From positions 10,744 through 74,743 of the forward strand of contig JASJAS010000007.1 in the NCBI GenBank assembly GCA_030066875.1: 64,000 nucleotides of DNA, written 5' to 3'. A program made the position numbers and the translations under genes. Of this stretch, positions 1 to 9,691 are shown piece after piece. The first letter of the stretch is position 1; the number at the start of each line of letters is the position of its first letter. This DNA is from Acidimicrobiia bacterium (GTDB taxonomy: Bacteria > Actinomycetota > Acidimicrobiia > Spongiisociales > UBA5794). The notes under the pieces are model-generated. The model was not told where the DNA came from, did not search any database, and saw only the letters and a list, made by a program, of their open reading frames with translations.

Positions 1-438
1 GAGGCGTACGGCAACAGCATCACCCACGTCGGACCGACCGGGGCGGGCCAATTGGTCAAGCAGGTCAACCAGGTTCTCGTCGTGGTCAATGCCTTGGCGG
101 TATCGGAAGCCCTGCTACTGGCTGAGGCTGGAGACCTCGACTTGGCCACGACCATCGAGGCGGTCAAGGGGGGAGGAGCCGGCTCTTGGATGCTGGCAAA
201 TCGCGGGCCCCAGGTGATCGCTCGAGACTGGAAGCCCGGCTTCACCATCGATCTGCAACAAAAGGACCTGCGGCTCGTCCTGGAGACCGCGGATGAGCTA
301 GCGGTGCCGCTTCCCGGCGCCAGTTTGGTGTTTCAGCTCTACCGAGCTCTGCAGCGGCGAGGTCTCGGCCATGAAGGCAACCACGCTCTCGCCAAGGCGC
401 TGGAAGAACTCGCTGGTCTGGAGATCGGCGGCTCCTGA
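1..438 (+). CDS. beta-hydroxyacid / 3-hydroxyisobutyrate dehydrogenase family, C-terminal part (5' end outside window)
   Basis: The frame is open from base 1. It reads GPTGAGQLVKQVNQ followed by a helical 6PGDH-like C-terminal domain. Stop TGA at 436-438. Confidence 0.8.
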   Translation, partial: EAYGNSITHVGPTGAGQLVKQVNQVLVVVNALAVSEALLLAEAGDLDLATTIEAVKGGGAGSWMLANRGPQVIARDWKPGFTIDLQQKDLRLVLETADELAVPLPGASLVFQLYRALQRRGLGHEGNHALAKALEELAGLEIGGS

Positions 439-512
439 TAGCCCCGCCACACGGCGGCGCCCCATAGTGCTCTGTGGGATGCCGGACGGTAATCTCGCCC
501 GGGAGGTGGAGC

Positions 513-2258
513 GTGGCAGACAGCAACGGTGGAAGCATCATCGCCGACATCCTGGCGGCAGAGGGGACAACCAAGGTATTCGGTATCCCGGATGGGACCT
601 ATCTCGCCATGCTCAATGCCCTGGTTGCCCGCAACATCGAGGTGGTGACTCCGCGCCACGAAACCACCGCGATGCATATGGCCGCGGCCTATGCCCGCTT
701 GCGTGGTGACCTAGGGGTCGCCATCGCATCAAACGGTCCCGGGGTGGCCAACGCACTGCCCGGGATTGCCGTCGAGAACGCAGAGGGGAATCGGGTCCTG
801 GTAATCACCAGCTCGCGACGCGTCGGGATCACCTACCCGGACCGCGGGGGTACGTACCAGTACTTTGACCAGGTCGCGGCGATCGACCCGATCTCCAAGT
901 GGTCGGCCAGCGTTCCCTCTGTCGACCGTCTGCCCGACCTGCTCCGCACAGCGCTGAGGTGGTGCTACCGGGGACGCCCGGGCGTGGTCCATCTGGACGT
1001 TCCCGAGAGCATCATCAACGGCAAGGCGAAACCGGCATCGGTGGTTCCACCCCAGAGAACCCGTCGCACCAGCGCGATGACCCCCGACCCGGATCTAGTA
1101 GATCGGGCTGCAAGCATGCTGGCCAACGCGACGTTGCCTGCCATTCACGCCGGCGGGGGGGTGATCCACGCCCGCGCTCATGATGAACTCACCCGGGTGG
1201 CCGAGATGCTGCACGCACCGGTCACGACGTCGTGGTCGGGTCGGGGAGCCATGTCGGAATCGTCCCCGTTGGTGTGGCCGATCACCGCGATCGAACCGAC
1301 CAACGAAGTCCGCAATGTTGCCGACGTGATGCTGGTGCTCGGATCACGCGTCGGCGAAACCGACTGGTGGGGCAAGTCACCAAACTGGCGCAATCCGGCG
1401 GAGCAGAAGGTCATCCAGGTCGACATCGACGATGCCAGCCTGGCCCTGAACAAGCCCACTGATCTTGCTCTGCTGGGCGATGTCGGTCTGTTCCTCCAGG
1501 AACTCGCCAAGCGTCTGGAGGCAAGCGGGATCACGGTGCCGGCGGCGAGGCGCACTGAAGTCCAGCGGCTGATCGAGGTTCGCGCCAAGGACGCCGCAAA
1601 GCGGGACAAGCCGCTACGCGACATGGATGCACCGATGGTGACGGCGCACGTACCCAAGGTATGCCAGGAGGTGTTCGCCGAGGATGCCATCGTGATAGCC
1701 GATGGGGGGAACACCGCCGTCTGGACAAACTTCCACCACCAGATCCGAGTTCCCAACACCATGCTGGGTACTCCTCACTTTGGAATGCTTGGAGCCGGCG
1801 TGGGTCAGGCGCTGGGGGCCGCCGAGGCCTTCCCGGACCGGCAGGTGTACTGCATCATCGGCGACGGGGCATTCGGCATGCACCCTCAGGAGATCGAAAC
1901 CGCTGTGCGCAACGGCAACCGCATCGTCTTCCTCGTCGTGAGCGACCGGCAATGGGGAATGGTCAAGATGACGCAGTCGGTCGCCAAGGCGCCGGTGAAG
2001 ATGATGATCCGCAAGTCGTTGGAACCGGGAGCCACGGTCAACTCGGACCTCGGTGAAATCGGCTACGACCAGCTCGCCCGTTCGATGGGCGCCCATGGCG
2101 AGCGGGTCTCGAGCCCCCATGACCTTCGCCCGGCGATCGACCGCAGTATCGACAGTGGTATATGCGCTGTCATCCACGTCGACGTCGACCCGGTCAAGCA
2201 CATGTGGGCCCCGGGTCTCCTCCAGTTCAAGAAAATGCACCAGGAGCCGGGCGGATGA
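513..2258 (+). CDS. thiamine-pyrophosphate-dependent enzyme, acetolactate-synthase-like family
   Basis: Lies in ORF 474-2258. GTG at 513 follows GGGAGG. N-terminal pyrimidine-binding domain (SNGPGVANALPGIA) and C-terminal TPP motif (IIGDGAFGMHPQEIETAVRN). Confidence 0.85.
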   Translation: MADSNGGSIIADILAAEGTTKVFGIPDGTYLAMLNALVARNIEVVTPRHETTAMHMAAAYARLRGDLGVAIASNGPGVANALPGIAVENAEGNRVLVITSSRRVGITYPDRGGTYQYFDQVAAIDPISKWSASVPSVDRLPDLLRTALRWCYRGRPGVVHLDVPESIINGKAKPASVVPPQRTRRTSAMTPDPDLVDRAASMLANATLPAIHAGGGVIHARAHDELTRVAEMLHAPVTTSWSGRGAMSESSPLVWPITAIEPTNEVRNVADVMLVLGSRVGETDWWGKSPNWRNPAEQKVIQVDIDDASLALNKPTDLALLGDVGLFLQELAKRLEASGITVPAARRTEVQRLIEVRAKDAAKRDKPLRDMDAPMVTAHVPKVCQEVFAEDAIVIADGGNTAVWTNFHHQIRVPNTMLGTPHFGMLGAGVGQALGAAEAFPDRQVYCIIGDGAFGMHPQEIETAVRNGNRIVFLVVSDRQWGMVKMTQSVAKAPVKMMIRKSLEPGATVNSDLGEIGYDQLARSMGAHGERVSSPHDLRPAIDRSIDSGICAVIHVDVDPVKHMWAPGLLQFKKMHQEPGG

Positions 2259-3184
2259 TCAATCCCGTCATCGCACAGGTCATCGACGACGTCGAGCTGA
2301 ACTTCGATGAGAGCAGCCTGCTGCTGCTCAACGTGCTTATCGGGCTGATGATGCTCGGAATGGCACTGGACCTGGATGTCGAGGACTTCAAGCGCTTGCT
2401 GCGCAAGCCGAAGCCCCCAGCGATCGGTTTGGTTGCCCAGTTCGTCCTCCTTCCCGCGTTCACCTTCGTACTGACGCTGATCCTGCAACCGCGCCCTTCG
2501 ATAGCCCTCGGCATGATCCTCGTGGCGTCATGTCCCGGCGGAAATCTGTCCAATGTGATGACCTACCTAGCGGGCGGCAACGCGCCGCTTTCGGTGGGAA
2601 TGACCGCTGTTTCGACCGCGGCAGCCATCGTCATGACACCGTTGAACCTCGCCATCTGGGGGAACCTGAACCCGGATACCGAGCCGATCCTGCGGTCTGT
2701 GTCCCTGAGCCCGCTCGACCTGTTCATGACGATCTTTGTAATCCTTGGAATCCCTCTCCTGCTCGGCATGCTGATTGCCCATCACCGGCCCCAGTTGGCG
2801 GAACGGGTGCGGCGACCGTTCAAGGTCTTTTCAGTCGTCGTATTCATGGGCTTTGTGGCGGTTGCGCTGGCCAACAATTGGGAGTACTTCGTCGAGTATG
2901 TCGGGCTCGTTGTCTTGGCGGTCTTCATCCACAACGCACTGGCACTCGGCCTGGGCAATGGGGCCGCCCGTATCGCCGGGCTGGATGAGCGGGATCAGCG
3001 GGCCGTCACCATCGAGGTCGGACTGCAGAACTCGGCACTGGCGCTGATCCTGGTGTTCGATTTCTTCGACGGCCTCGGTGGTATGGCCGTGATCGCAGCC
3101 TGGTGGGGCATCTGGCACATCATCGCCGGTCTCGGCATTGCCGGCTTCTGGTCCCGTCGTCCGGCCGAGGTGGTCGCGGCATGA
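2255..3184 (+). CDS. bile acid:sodium symporter (BASS/SBF) family transporter
   Basis: ATG at 2255 overlaps the upstream stop (ATGA). Polytopic membrane protein with the SBF-like motif ASCPGGNLSNVMTYLAGGNAPLSV. Confidence 0.85.
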   Translation: MINPVIAQVIDDVELNFDESSLLLLNVLIGLMMLGMALDLDVEDFKRLLRKPKPPAIGLVAQFVLLPAFTFVLTLILQPRPSIALGMILVASCPGGNLSNVMTYLAGGNAPLSVGMTAVSTAAAIVMTPLNLAIWGNLNPDTEPILRSVSLSPLDLFMTIFVILGIPLLLGMLIAHHRPQLAERVRRPFKVFSVVVFMGFVAVALANNWEYFVEYVGLVVLAVFIHNALALGLGNGAARIAGLDERDQRAVTIEVGLQNSALALILVFDFFDGLGGMAVIAAWWGIWHIIAGLGIAGFWSRRPAEVVAA

Positions 3185-4134
3185 GCCCGGCCAGGTCGGT
3201 GCTGGTGACCGGCGCCGGTGGCTATATCGGAAGCCTGCTGGTGTCGTCGCTTTCTGCGGATAAAGGCGGGCTCGAAACGATCGTTGCCGCCGACCTGCGT
3301 AGCCCGTCCCGCCGGCTCGATGGGATCGAATACGAAGCATTCGACATCAGGGATGAGAAGCTCACTGCGGTGCTCGACAAACACAAGGTCGACACAGTGG
3401 TTCACCTGGCCGCCGTCGTTACTGCGGGGCGGCGGCCGGACCGTGAACTCGAGTACAGCATCGACGTCGAGGGGACACAGAATGTGCTCGAGGCGTGTCT
3501 CGCGACTGGAGTCGACAAGGTCATCGTCAGTTCCAGCGGCGCGGCGTACGGCTACTACGCCGACAACCCGGATTGCATCACCGAAAGTGCCCCGATCCGT
3601 GGCAACCCTGAGTTCTCCTATTCCGACCACAAACGCCAGATCGAGGAGATGCTCTCACGCTGGCGCACCGACCACCCCGAGCTTCACCAACTGGTGCTGC
3701 GTCCGGGCACGATCATCGGCGCTACCACCCACAACCAAATAACCGACCTCTTCGATCGACCGTTGCTGCTCCGGCTACGCGGCGCGGAGTCACCGTTCGT
3801 ATTCATCTGGGACGGGGACATGGTCGATATCCTCCGTCGGGGAATCTTCAGTGATGTCGCCGGGATCTACAACGTCGCCGGTGACGGCGTCATGACCATC
3901 AGCGGCATCGCGCACCGCCTGGGCAAGCGGACGGTCACCTTGCCGGTGTCGCTGGTGCGCGGCGTGCTGCGGGTGCTGCGCCTGCTACGGCTGACCCAGT
4001 ACGGGCCGGAGCAGGTCGACTTCCTCCGCTATCGGCCGGTTCTCGACAACACCCGGCTCAAAGAGACCTTCGGCTACGTGCCCCAGAAGACGAGCCGTGA
4101 GGCGTTCGACCTGTTTGCGGAGGGACGTGGCTAA
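3181..4134 (+). CDS. NAD-dependent epimerase/dehydratase family protein
   Basis: ATGA overlap with the BASS gene. Rossmann motif VLVTGAGGYIGS. Extended-SDR length of about 317 aa. Confidence 0.85.
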   Translation: MSPARSVLVTGAGGYIGSLLVSSLSADKGGLETIVAADLRSPSRRLDGIEYEAFDIRDEKLTAVLDKHKVDTVVHLAAVVTAGRRPDRELEYSIDVEGTQNVLEACLATGVDKVIVSSSGAAYGYYADNPDCITESAPIRGNPEFSYSDHKRQIEEMLSRWRTDHPELHQLVLRPGTIIGATTHNQITDLFDRPLLLRLRGAESPFVFIWDGDMVDILRRGIFSDVAGIYNVAGDGVMTISGIAHRLGKRTVTLPVSLVRGVLRVLRLLRLTQYGPEQVDFLRYRPVLDNTRLKETFGYVPQKTSREAFDLFAEGRG

Positions 4135-4933
4135 GCGGAACCTGGACGGCAGGAATGTGGTCATCACCGGCGGTGGCGGCGGCTTGGGCGCGGCACTCGG
4201 CCAGGAGTTTGCCTATTCAGGCGCCAACGTTGCCCTGCTCGACGTCGACTTTGCGAATGCAGTTGTTGCCGCCGACAAAATCAAACAGCGGCGGGCCATC
4301 GCTATCGAATGCGATGTGACAGATCGCGAGCAATGCCGGTCGGCTATCGCTCGGGTCCACGAGCAGTTGGGACCAATCGACGTCCTGGTGAACAACGCCG
4401 GTCTGTCCCACCGCAGCGCCTTCACTGAGACCGATCTGGCGGTGATCCATCGCATCATGGACATCAACTTCTGGGGAGCCGTCAACTGCACCAAGGAAGC
4501 GCTGCCGACACTCCTCGACCGTCGCGGTGTCATCGTGGTGATCAGCTCGACGGCGGGTTTCGCTCCCCTCCTGGGACGCACCGGCTACGCCGCCTCCAAG
4601 CACGCGTTGCACGGCTTCTTCGGGACTCTCCGCACCGAGCTCGCTGCCGACCATGTAGATGTGCTGATCGCCGCCCCCTCCTTCGTCGACACGCCGCTGC
4701 GCCATCACACGATCGGCGGTGACGGTGAAATCACCGATCATCCCCAGTCGCGCGTCGGCAAGATGATGTCCCCCGAGGATGTTGCGGAGCGGATCGTGTG
4801 GGCCGTGGAACGGCGCCGCAAGTCGTTGGTCCTAGGCAATGTGGGCAGGCTGACACGGGTCCTCAATGCACTTGCCCCCTCGGTGTACGAGCGGCTCATG
4901 ACACGCAAGCTCAGCTCCGAGCTCGACCGCTAG
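4127..4933 (+). CDS. short-chain dehydrogenase/reductase (classical SDR)
   Basis: GTG at 4127 follows GGAGGG and overlaps the upstream stop by 8 nt. Motifs TGGGGGLG, NNAG and YAASKHAL. Confidence 0.85.
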   Translation: MAKRNLDGRNVVITGGGGGLGAALGQEFAYSGANVALLDVDFANAVVAADKIKQRRAIAIECDVTDREQCRSAIARVHEQLGPIDVLVNNAGLSHRSAFTETDLAVIHRIMDINFWGAVNCTKEALPTLLDRRGVIVVISSTAGFAPLLGRTGYAASKHALHGFFGTLRTELAADHVDVLIAAPSFVDTPLRHHTIGGDGEITDHPQSRVGKMMSPEDVAERIVWAVERRRKSLVLGNVGRLTRVLNALAPSVYERLMTRKLSSELDR

Positions 4934-4949
4934 CCCCTCCTTTTCAATT

Positions 4950-4992
4950 CTTGCGGATATCCACGGTGTAGAGCACCGCCTACGTCCGCAAG
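4950..4992 (+). terminator. nested hairpin downstream of the SDR gene, candidate I-shaped (tail-less) terminator
   Basis: Outer stem CTTGCGGA/TCCGCAAG (8 bp) encloses inner stem CGGTG/CACCG. It starts 17 nt after the stop. No U-tract follows. Confidence 0.35.
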
Positions 4993-5061
4993 TTCGGGTC
5001 GGGGCCGTTCCTAGCGGTGCGCGCTGCACGTACAATCCGAACCACCCGCTCCGAGGAGTTC

Positions 5062-6867
5062 ATGCTCGACGACCCCATCATCCAGCTAGCCGGTGTCGTT
5101 GTACTGGCGTTTGGCGTCACCTGGCTGGGTGAGCGCGCCCGGGTTCCCGTGATCCTTCCGTTGCTGCTCACGGGCTTTCTCATCGGACCGGTCTTGGGCT
5201 GGGCCAACCCCGACGCACTGCTGGGAGACCTGTTGCCTCCGCTGGTTTCGATTGCGGTTGGATTGATCTTGTTCGAGGGCGGTCTCAGCCTGCGGCTCCG
5301 AGAGATGGAGGGACAGCAACGAGTTCTGTGGCTTCTCGTCACCGTCGGCGTCGGGATCACCTGGGCTATTGGTGCCGTGATTACGAGCCTGTTCACCGAA
5401 CTGTCGGTCGGCATGGCAATACTCACCGGATCGATCTTGGTCGTATCCGGACCGACGGTCATCGGGCCGCTTCTCACGCTGGTTCGGCCCAGCCGGTCGG
5501 TCGCCTCGATCCTCAAGTGGGAGAGCATCATCATCGACCCCATCGGTGCACTGCTCGCCGTCATCACCTTCGAGATCTTGCTGCTGGGTGGCCCAGCCGA
5601 TGCCCCCTCCGGCGGAATTCTGTCAGACATGGTGGCTTTCGTCATTGCCGGCGTCTTTGTAGGTGCCGTCGTAGCGTTTCTCTCCGCCGAAGCGTTGCGC
5701 CGCCATTGGGTGCCTGAACACCTGCAGCCACTGTTCGGGTTGAGCATCGCTCTGCTCTCGTTCATGACGGCCGATGCGCTTGTCGTTGAGAGCGGGCTGC
5801 TGGCTACAACCGTGCTGGGCTTCACGCTCGCCAATCAACGAAGGGCCCGCACCGAGCACATCATCCAATTCTCCGAGGTAGTCCGGGTACTGCTCATCGG
5901 CGTGCTCTTCATCATCCTCAGTGCCCGTATCACTACGGAACAGCTGCGCGTCGACCTCCCCGGGGCGATCGCGCTGATCCTGGCGCTGGTGCTTGTGGCG
6001 CGGCCGCTGGCAGTTGCTGCGGCTACTTGGCGGTCGAGGCTGACCTGGCAGGAACGTACTCTGCTCGGCGGGGTAGCCCCGCGTGGAATCGTGGCTGCGT
6101 CCATCGCCTCGGTGTTTGCCTTGGAGCTGCAACACGAGGGAATCGCCGGGGCCGAGGAACTGACGCCGCTCGTGTTCGCGGTAATCGTCGGGACCGTCAT
6201 CATCTACGGGATCGGCATGGGACCGCTGGCTAGGCGGCTCCACCTCGCGGAACGCCACCAGGAAGGCTGCCTGATTCTCGGTGCTGGCCGAGTCGAACGC
6301 GCCATCGGCGATGCGCTGGCTGATTCGGGTGTTGCGGTGGTCATGGCGACGACCAACCGGCAAGACCACTATGAAGCAAGAATGGCCGGGCGGCGAGCTT
6401 TCTATGGCAACGTTCTGACAAGGGACGTGGACCTCGACCTCGATCTCTCGGGGATTGGACGTTTGCTGGCACTCACCCCAAACGACGAAGTCAACACTCT
6501 CGCTTGTCGCGAATTCGCGACCACATTCGGGGGTGCTGAGACCTTCCAACTGTCGCCGCGCCGCCAAGCGACCGGGATCGGATCCGATCCGGCCAGCGAG
6601 TATGGGGGACGACAGCTGTTCGGCGAGGAGTGGGATTCTCCGGCCCTCGAGGCGTTTCTCGACCACGGTGGCCGAGTCCGGCGGATCAGGCTGGGTAGCG
6701 ATCCCGAGATCTTCGAATCTCAGCTGACCGCGGAGCACGTGGCCAGCATTCTGTTCATCGTGAAGGCAAACAACCGGGTCCACGTGATCGTGAGCGACAA
6801 CACCACGCCATTGCGCGACGCCGCCCCTGGGGACACCGTGATCGCGCTGGTTGCCGACGAAGAGTAG
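5062..6867 (+). CDS. cation:proton antiporter (NhaP/CPA1 type) with C-terminal TrkA-like regulatory region
   Basis: ATG at 5062 follows GAGGAG. About 400 aa of polytopic Na+/H+ exchanger-like sequence, then a soluble tail (ILGAGRVERAIGDAL). Confidence 0.85.
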   Translation: MLDDPIIQLAGVVVLAFGVTWLGERARVPVILPLLLTGFLIGPVLGWANPDALLGDLLPPLVSIAVGLILFEGGLSLRLREMEGQQRVLWLLVTVGVGITWAIGAVITSLFTELSVGMAILTGSILVVSGPTVIGPLLTLVRPSRSVASILKWESIIIDPIGALLAVITFEILLLGGPADAPSGGILSDMVAFVIAGVFVGAVVAFLSAEALRRHWVPEHLQPLFGLSIALLSFMTADALVVESGLLATTVLGFTLANQRRARTEHIIQFSEVVRVLLIGVLFIILSARITTEQLRVDLPGAIALILALVLVARPLAVAAATWRSRLTWQERTLLGGVAPRGIVAASIASVFALELQHEGIAGAEELTPLVFAVIVGTVIIYGIGMGPLARRLHLAERHQEGCLILGAGRVERAIGDALADSGVAVVMATTNRQDHYEARMAGRRAFYGNVLTRDVDLDLDLSGIGRLLALTPNDEVNTLACREFATTFGGAETFQLSPRRQATGIGSDPASEYGGRQLFGEEWDSPALEAFLDHGGRVRRIRLGSDPEIFESQLTAEHVASILFIVKANNRVHVIVSDNTTPLRDAAPGDTVIALVADEE

Positions 6868-6869
6868 GA

Positions 6870-8498
6870 CTACCTGCCGACGCCTCCGTAAGCAATCCCA
6901 GCCAGATCGGCTACCTCTCGATTGAAGGCCGTCAGATCAGTCACGTTGAGGTCGGCCAACGAGCGATGACCAAGGGCTCGGGCCAGTACCTTGATCAGGT
7001 CGATCGCCGCCCCGAAGAAGCGACCCAGTCGGGCCGCCGCGTCGTCGATGACAAGGCGCGCTCGCAGGTGGTCCTTCTGCGTGGCTATCCCGACCGGGCA
7101 GTTGTTTGTGTTGCAGGCACGCATACCGAGACAACCAATTGCCTGGATCGCAGCGTTCGAAACGGCGATACCGTCAGCCCCAAGTGCCAGCGCTTTGGCG
7201 AAGTCGGCTGGCGTTCGCAGCCCGCCGGTGATGAACAAGGTCACCGAATCCGACATCCCTGTCGTGTCGAGATGACGCCGGGCTCGCGCCAGCGCGGGGA
7301 TGGTCGGTACGGATATGTTGTCCCGAAGCAGGGTTGGCGCCGCGCCGGTGCCCCCGCCCCGGCCATCCAGGATCACGTAGTCGATGCCCACTTCGAATGC
7401 AGCGTCTAGATCAGCCTCGATGTGTTGGGCCGACAGCTTGAAGCCCACCGGAATGCCTCCGCTGCGGTCCCTCACTTCGTCAGCGAATTCCGAAATCTGT
7501 TGGGGCGTAGTCCATTCAGGAAAGCGCGCTGGCGAGATCGCAGGTTGCCCTTCGGCCAAACCTCGGGTCTCAGCGATTAATCCCGTGACCTTAGATCCGG
7601 GCAGATGGCCACCCGTTCCCGTCTTGGCACCCTGGCCACCCTTGAAATGGAATGCCTGCACTTTCTCAATCTTGTCCCAGGAGAAGCCGAATCGACCCGA
7701 GGCCAGCTCATAGAAATAGCGAGAATTTGCGGCCTGCTCGTCGGGCAGCATGCCTCCCTCTCCGGAACAGATGCCGGTACCGGCCAGTTCGGCACCCTTG
7801 GCAAGCGCAACCTTGGCCTCGTAGGAAAGAGCCCCGAAGGACATGTCTGAGACCAGAAGCGGTATTTCGAGCTGTAGCGGGCGAGCTGCTTTCGGCCCGA
7901 CCACCAACGTTGTGTCCACCTCCTCATCGTCTAGTAGTGGCGGACGTGCCAGTTGGGCAGTGAGCAACTGGATGTCGCCCCAACTTGGAAGCTGAGATTG
8001 GGGAACACCCATTGCTGCGAGCGGACCGTGATGACCGAACGTGGCCAGCCCGTCCCCTGCGAGCTGCCGGATCAGCTTCACGTGAGGCTCCTCCGCGGAC
8101 CCATGCGGGTCCTGATACGCCCCCTCGTACGCATTTCGGTCCCACGGTTGCGGGTTCTTGAGTTCATACTCAGCGATGTCGTCGGAATCGACGTATACGC
8201 CGCCCTTGTCCACCCATGCGGTGAACTTCTTCAGCACCTCGTCGTTCTTGTATGCCGAAACTCCCGTTTCGTACCGGTAGTCCCAGCCATGAAGACCACA
8301 AACCAGATCGTCACCAACAACGTCACCGTCTGCAAGCAACGCTCCCCTGTGAAGGCAACGTCCGTACAGGACCGAGACCAAATCGTCGTAGCGGATAATG
8401 ACGAGATCGGTGTTGCCTACCAGAGCCGGATATGGCTTGCGGTCGGCCAGGTTTTCCCACTCAGCGATTCGCAAAGGATTCATGGGGCATTGTGGCAT
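6870..8498 (-). CDS. Rieske [2Fe-2S] domain fused to an FMN-binding glutamate-synthase-related (GltB domain 2-like) protein
   Basis: N-terminus carries CLHRGALL...CGLHGWDY (Rieske CxH...CxxH). The body has GEGG, FKGGQGAKTGTGGHLPG and CLGMRACNTNNCPVGIATQ. An alternative ATG lies at 8483. Confidence 0.8.
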   Translation of the reverse strand: MPQCPMNPLRIAEWENLADRKPYPALVGNTDLVIIRYDDLVSVLYGRCLHRGALLADGDVVGDDLVCGLHGWDYRYETGVSAYKNDEVLKKFTAWVDKGGVYVDSDDIAEYELKNPQPWDRNAYEGAYQDPHGSAEEPHVKLIRQLAGDGLATFGHHGPLAAMGVPQSQLPSWGDIQLLTAQLARPPLLDDEEVDTTLVVGPKAARPLQLEIPLLVSDMSFGALSYEAKVALAKGAELAGTGICSGEGGMLPDEQAANSRYFYELASGRFGFSWDKIEKVQAFHFKGGQGAKTGTGGHLPGSKVTGLIAETRGLAEGQPAISPARFPEWTTPQQISEFADEVRDRSGGIPVGFKLSAQHIEADLDAAFEVGIDYVILDGRGGGTGAAPTLLRDNISVPTIPALARARRHLDTTGMSDSVTLFITGGLRTPADFAKALALGADGIAVSNAAIQAIGCLGMRACNTNNCPVGIATQKDHLRARLVIDDAAARLGRFFGAAIDLIKVLARALGHRSLADLNVTDLTAFNREVADLAGIAYGGVGR

Positions 8499-8528
8499 GG
8501 CCGCGCGAAGCGAATTGGCGACCTTGGA

Positions 8529-9212
8529 TCAATACGGCGGCCAGGGCAGTGGCGGCCGATCGTCCGGCGGCGGCGGGTGTACCGGCTCCGCGAGCAACTG
8601 CTCCACCCTTGCAGTCAGCGCCGTCCTCTCGTCGGGTCCCAATAGATCTTCTACACGCTGCCCAAACCCATCACGCAGCGAGGCGTCGAGGCGGCCGAGT
8701 TCCCCCACCTGCTCCTGCGGGAAAGGCTGTTCGCTGAAACCCCACAACACGGTGCGGAGCTTCTCCTGCGGATGAAAGGTCAGACCGTGATCGATGCCGA
8801 GAACACGCTCGCCGTCTGAGATGAGATGGCCCAGCTTGCGATCGGCGTTGTTGGTCACCACATCGAGCAATGCGATCGGCCACAATGCCGATGCGGTCTG
8901 CTGTACCAGCACCACGGGGTCGAATTCGGGATCCATGTCGACAAAACGCTGAATCGAACCCGGGCCGTAAGGCCCGTCGCCGAGCACCGTCTCGGGGACT
9001 ATCTCGCAGCCCATAGCTCGGGCGACTTCGTAGGTGAGCACCTCTCTGGCAGCCAGCGTTTCAATGGGGAAGTCCCACAAAGGGCGCTCGCCAGCGGTTG
9101 GTTTGTATACAACCTTCTCGCCCGCAGTGGTGGTGGCAAGCAGCGTCGCATTGGACGCGTCGACAAAGCGGCCGACGACGTCGCCAACCTCAGGTTGCCA
9201 GGCCATGGTCAA
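8529..9212 (-). CDS. SCO1664-family protein (PI3/PI4-kinase-like fold)
   Basis: VYKPTAGERPLWDFP, then a kinase-like catalytic loop NNADRKLGHLI and IDHGLTF. Confidence 0.7.
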   Translation of the reverse strand: MTMAWQPEVGDVVGRFVDASNATLLATTTAGEKVVYKPTAGERPLWDFPIETLAAREVLTYEVARAMGCEIVPETVLGDGPYGPGSIQRFVDMDPEFDPVVLVQQTASALWPIALLDVVTNNADRKLGHLISDGERVLGIDHGLTFHPQEKLRTVLWGFSEQPFPQEQVGELGRLDASLRDGFGQRVEDLLGPDERTALTARVEQLLAEPVHPPPPDDRPPLPWPPY

Positions 9213-9691
9213 GGTCGATAGCCACGCAGGTCACCATTGCTGCGCGGGCAGTTGTGTCCGTCCGGGTCCATCGCCAGCCCGCACCGCGGGCAGGCCGGAC
9301 GTCCTGCGGCGACCACCAGCAAAGCTTCACGGGCGAACGCGTCGAGCTGAGCCAGAGTGATCTCGTAACTCACCGGCGGATCGTCGTCCTCGCTCGAGTG
9401 AACAACGACCGTTGCCGTTTCCGATTCGACATCGAAACCGAGCTGGAGGCCGCCGACCCGGAAGACCACCTGAGTGTCAGCATGGACACCTCCGGGCTCG
9501 ATACTGAGACCACAGCCGATCAATCCCTGCTCCTGGAGCAGATTCTGCGCTTCATGCGCCAGCGCAGCTACCTGCAACTTCTCGATCAGATATGCGGTCG
9601 CATCGCCATCCACAACGACCTCGAGAAGAAACCGCCGATCTCCAGGCTCTCCGATCGCGCCGCCGGCAAAACGTTCGACGGTCATCCCCAT
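9209..9691 (-). CDS. DUF3090 family protein
   Basis: FAGGAIGEPGDRRFLLEV at the N-terminus and CPRCGLAMDPDGHNCPRSNG at the C-terminus. ATGA overlap with the downstream gene. Confidence 0.7.
   Translation of the reverse strand: MGMTVERFAGGAIGEPGDRRFLLEVVVDGDATAYLIEKLQVAALAHEAQNLLQEQGLIGCGLSIEPGGVHADTQVVFRVGGLQLGFDVESETATVVVHSSEDDDPPVSYEITLAQLDAFAREALLVVAAGRPACPRCGLAMDPDGHNCPRSNGDLRGYRP

Noticed and set aside
4950-4992. tRNA-like fragment (GGTGTAGAGCACC resembles a D-arm).
   Set aside because: No acceptor stem, anticodon arm or GTTCGAATC-type T-loop can be built. The segment folds better as a nested terminator-like hairpin.
5623-6783. 386-aa ORF antisense to the antiporter gene. Similar long shadow ORFs occur at 4980-5834, 24770-25765, 29686-30636, 33364-34182 and 58571-59587.
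   Set aside because: The translations are Arg/Pro/Gly/Ala-rich and low in complexity, with no recognisable motif. Each lies fully inside a well-supported gene on the other strand. This is the expected stop-codon-poor antisense-frame artefact of GC-rich DNA.
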